Assembly: GCF_026626745.1 (NCBI RefSeq)
Contig: NZ_JAPNJW010000002.1
Coordinates: 1,126,151 to 1,190,150, forward strand
From: Nannocystis sp. RBIL2
GTDB lineage: Bacteria; Myxococcota_A; Polyangia; Nannocystales; Nannocystaceae
Length of the DNA stretch: 64,000 nt
Reading direction: 5' to 3'
Within the stretch, counting starts at the first letter, position 1; the number at the start of each line of letters is the position of its first letter. The translations under genes and the position numbers were made by a program. Positions 61,192 through 64,000 of the stretch are shown here, in pieces. Below the pieces are notes generated by a model. That model was not told where the DNA came from. It did not search any database and saw only the letters and a list, made by a program, of their open reading frames with translations.

Positions 61192-61803
61192 TCAGGGCTT
61201 GAGACAGGCGATCATCGAGACGATGAACTCGTCGACGAAGCTCTGCTCGTCCTTGCGCGGGAACGCCGGATGCGCCTCGCTGATGCGCCCCGACAGCAGC
61301 ATCGTGCAGAGCCCGTGGAGCGACATCCAGATACGGAACGAGGCGAGCGACAGGTCGACGTCGCCGCGCCAGCAGCCGCGCTCCGCGCCCTCCTCCAGCC
61401 AGCCCTGGAACGTCTTGAGCGGGCGCAGCAGCAGGTCCACCTCCTCGGTGTTGTGCTGCGACCAATCGATCTGCTCGTTACCCATCATCACCGAGTACAG
61501 CCACTTGTGCGACTTGGCGAATTGCACATAGTTGCGGCCGGCGTTGACGAGGCGCTCGGCCGGGTCCTCGGTCGATGCTGCGGGCTCCAATACCTCGCTC
61601 TGCAGCAGTTCGGCCCCGTAGATCCGGATCTCGCGGAGGATCTTCGATTTACTCTCGAAGTGCTGATAGAGCGCCGTGGCGCTGACTCCGAGGCGGGCCG
61701 CGATGCCGCGCATCGTCAGTCCTTCTTCACCCCGCTCGCTCCCGATCTCGAGGCTGGTTTGGATGATTCCCTGTCGTAGGCCTGCTCGCTGAACACGTGA
61801 CAT
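61192..61803 (-). CDS. TetR/AcrR-family transcriptional regulator
   Basis: N-terminal TetR HTH (LTMRGIAARLGVSATALYQHFESKSKIL). Confidence 0.85.
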   Translation of the reverse strand: MSRVQRAGLRQGIIQTSLEIGSERGEEGLTMRGIAARLGVSATALYQHFESKSKILREIRIYGAELLQSEVLEPAASTEDPAERLVNAGRNYVQFAKSHKWLYSVMMGNEQIDWSQHNTEEVDLLLRPLKTFQGWLEEGAERGCWRGDVDLSLASFRIWMSLHGLCTMLLSGRISEAHPAFPRKDEQSFVDEFIVSMIACLKP

Positions 61804-62075
61804 TCCTCATGACTAGCAGGTTTTTTTGCCTGACGGAACCTTGGATTTCGCCGGAGGCGCAACTTGGAACAAGGTTCGTAACCCCCAAAAATGACGTTCA
61901 GCTAGAAAAATGCCAGCCTCGGGGGATGGCTGATTTCCGCTGTTTTGTCGCCAGGTTATTCGATATTACACGACATGTCAGGCGAACCCTGATGACCCGG
62001 TCCCGGCCGCGTCCTCAGTGAGATCTCGCCACCCCCTTCAGAGAGCGCCCGAGGGCGCCGGAAAGAGTTCCCCGC

Positions 62076-62942
62076 GTGGCCACTTTCGACCCCGAGCTCC
62101 GACTCGTCCTCTCGCTCGCCCGCGAGGCCGGCGCCATCGCCCTGGCCTATCAGACAGGTGGTGCCGACGTCATGCAGGCCCAGGACAAGCCTGACGACGC
62201 TGGCCCGGTCACTCGTGCGGACACCGAGATCAACGCGCGCCTGGTCGCTGCGCTTCGCGCGGCCTTCCCTGGCGACGCGGTCGTCGCCGAGGAGTCCGCC
62301 GACGACGCCGCCGCAGCCGCCGACGTCTCGCGCTGCTGGTACGTCGACCCGATCGACGGCACCGCCGAGTACGCCCGCGGCGAGAGCTGCTGGGCGATCC
62401 AGATCGGCCTCTGCATCGGCGGCGAACCCGTCCTCGGCGTGGTCTACGAGGCCGGCGCGGCGCGCCTCTCGTGGGGCATCTGCACGCCCGATCGGCGCGA
62501 GGCGTTCGTCCTCGACGACAGCGGCGCGGCCACCCCGCTGCGTGCCAGCGGTCGCTCGCTCGCCGAGCTACGCCTCGTCAGCAGCCTGAGTCACGCCTCC
62601 CCGAAGACCCTCGAGGTCATGCAGGTGCTCGGCATCCCGCCGGAGCGCAACCTCCGACTCGGCTCAGTCGGCGTGAAGGTGGGCACCATCGCCCGCGGCG
62701 AGGCCGACCTTTACGTCCACCCGCGCAGCGGCACCAAGCTGTGGGACACCTGCGCGCCGTGGGCCCTGCTACGCGCCGTCGGCGGCGTCATCACCGACCT
62801 GTGGGGCCATCCACTGATCTACGACCCGCGTCGGCTCGGCCACGACAATGGTTTGGTCGCCTCGCACGGCGCGCACCACGACGACATCCTCGCGGCCATC
62901 CGTCCGCTCGTCGACGCCTGGTACCGCTCGCCACTCGCATGA
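62076..62942 (+). CDS. inositol monophosphatase/CysQ-family phosphatase
   Basis: GTG start. IMPase motifs (…AEESAD…, WYVDPIDGTAEY, WDTCAP). Confidence 0.8.
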   Translation: MATFDPELRLVLSLAREAGAIALAYQTGGADVMQAQDKPDDAGPVTRADTEINARLVAALRAAFPGDAVVAEESADDAAAAADVSRCWYVDPIDGTAEYARGESCWAIQIGLCIGGEPVLGVVYEAGAARLSWGICTPDRREAFVLDDSGAATPLRASGRSLAELRLVSSLSHASPKTLEVMQVLGIPPERNLRLGSVGVKVGTIARGEADLYVHPRSGTKLWDTCAPWALLRAVGGVITDLWGHPLIYDPRRLGHDNGLVASHGAHHDDILAAIRPLVDAWYRSPLA

Positions 62943-62944
62943 CC

Positions 62945-63010
62945 TTGCGGACAGGTGTCCTGGCACATGTTCTAGCGGACATGTGTCCTCGAGCCTGTCC
63001 TTGCGGGCAT
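62945..63010. repeat. cluster of GGACA-N2-TGTCC-type palindromes in convergent gap
   Basis: ggacaggtgtcc, ggacatgtgtcc and gcgggcatgcccgc (a perfect 14-bp palindrome). Confidence 0.8.
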
Positions 63011-63027
63011 GCCCGCAGGCGCCGACC

Positions 63028-63951
63028 TCAGCGCGACTTTGCGATCACCACGATCGCCGCGATCACCGCGGCCACCAGCAGGACCGTCAGCACGATCTTG
63101 ACCACGCTCCACGGCCGCTCGCCCGCGACCTCGCCGGTGCGGGCGTTGACGATGAAGCGGAACACCTTCTCCTTGTAGCGGAAGCTCGAGATCCACAGCG
63201 GCAGGAGCACGTGCTTGCACTTCACGTCCGCGTGGCGGACCTGCATCGACAGGATCTGCTGCACGTCGCCGCCGATGTCGCTGCGGATGGCCGAACGGAT
63301 GTCCGGCTGCATGCGCTCGTCGGCGACCTGGAACCCGTCCTCGAGCCCGATCCGGTAGCGCTCGGCGATGAAGCCGCTGAGGTAGCCGGCCTCGAAGCCG
63401 CGCAGGTTGTGGAGGTCCCACGGCTCGAGCTTCTCGATCAGCGGCCGCGGCAGCGACTGCGACCCGCACACCAGCACGTCGTCGAAGCCGACGTGGACCG
63501 TCCCGCTCGCCGGGCGCCAGCGCGTCTTCTGCACCTGCCGCGTCTGCCGGTTGCCCTGCGCGTCGGTGTACGACTCGGTCACGTAGTAGTGATCGCCGCG
63601 CAGCCCCTTGTAGCGCGTCGTCGTCTGCGAGTCGTAGGTCCAGTACGGCAGGTAGACCCCGTCGATCCCGTGGACCTGCGCCAGCCGCTTCAGGTCGTTC
63701 GGCGCGAACCACAGCTTGCGGACCCACTGCTGGAACGCCTCGCGGGCCTTCGGCCCGTCGATGCCGAACGGCAGCAGCGACTCCGGCGGCACGATCTCGC
63801 CGAGCTCCTTCACGTCCATCACCACCGGCGCGCCACAGAACGCGCAACGACCGGCCTGTCCGGCCAGCATCGCCTGCGCGCCGCAGCCCTCGCACTGGAC
63901 GCTGTGGCTGCCCAGAGTCGACGCCGGCGCGCGGGCGATCCGCTGCAACAT
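63028..63951 (-). CDS. hypothetical protein with N-terminal zinc-ribbon (CxxC…CxxC) and C-terminal TM helix
   Basis: SVQCEGCGAQAMLAGQAGRCAFCGAPV, then a C-terminal TM (IVLTVLLVAAVIAAIVVIA). The upstream end is close to the window edge. Confidence 0.5.
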   Translation of the reverse strand: MLQRIARAPASTLGSHSVQCEGCGAQAMLAGQAGRCAFCGAPVVMDVKELGEIVPPESLLPFGIDGPKAREAFQQWVRKLWFAPNDLKRLAQVHGIDGVYLPYWTYDSQTTTRYKGLRGDHYYVTESYTDAQGNRQTRQVQKTRWRPASGTVHVGFDDVLVCGSQSLPRPLIEKLEPWDLHNLRGFEAGYLSGFIAERYRIGLEDGFQVADERMQPDIRSAIRSDIGGDVQQILSMQVRHADVKCKHVLLPLWISSFRYKEKVFRFIVNARTGEVAGERPWSVVKIVLTVLLVAAVIAAIVVIAKSR

Positions 63952-64000
63952 GGTCTCGAAGTCATGTTCGAGGATCGATCGCTCGCCCTGGATCGCCTGC

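Overview
This 64 kb window is a high-GC (~70%) chromosomal segment, most likely from a Myxococcales (Deltaproteobacteria) genome. It carries a MYXO-CTERM-type sorting tail (GCGCRS…RRRR), an AgmX/PglI-type C-terminal domain, many lipoproteins and several Hanks-type Ser/Thr kinases. Gene density is high on both strands, and most long antisense ORFs are GC-rich shadow ORFs. Housekeeping genes: metG, purT, carB followed by greA, an ABC-F ATPase, a glycine-rich RRM RNA-binding protein, an Slt-type lytic transglycosylase, an M4 metalloprotease, an APC amino-acid permease, an MFS transporter, a FadL-like outer-membrane protein, an arginase-family hydrolase next to an AraC/GlxA regulator, a TetR regulator and an IMPase/CysQ-family phosphatase. 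The most notable content is a compact six-gene plus-strand operon (23205-29476). It encodes two paralogous RsbW-like (GHKL-fold) / STAS partner-switching pairs, one STAS domain fused to a SAM methyltransferase, a membrane HAMP-PP2C sensor phosphatase and a class III adenylyl cyclase. It is flanked divergently by an FHA/TonB_C-like (PglI-like) protein, convergently by a cNMP-binding Ser/Thr kinase, and downstream by a giant STK-AAA-TPR kinase. Other notable items: a dispersed family of short palindromes built on GGACATGTCC / GGCTGTCC-N4-GGACAGCC, with more than 50 copies, mostly in convergent intergenic gaps and including arrays with a strict 14-bp period; a candidate ~200-nt sRNA with promoter, closing helix and a canonical intrinsic terminator inside a 1.3 kb non-coding gap; a radical-SAM/SPASM gene in an operon with an MFS transporter and a membrane protein; a degenerate IS21-family element (istA frameshifted, istB intact) with multiple terminal direct repeats next to a 36/72-bp minisatellite; and a paralogous family of Cys-rich lipoproteins. 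No CRISPR array, tRNA or rRNA was found.
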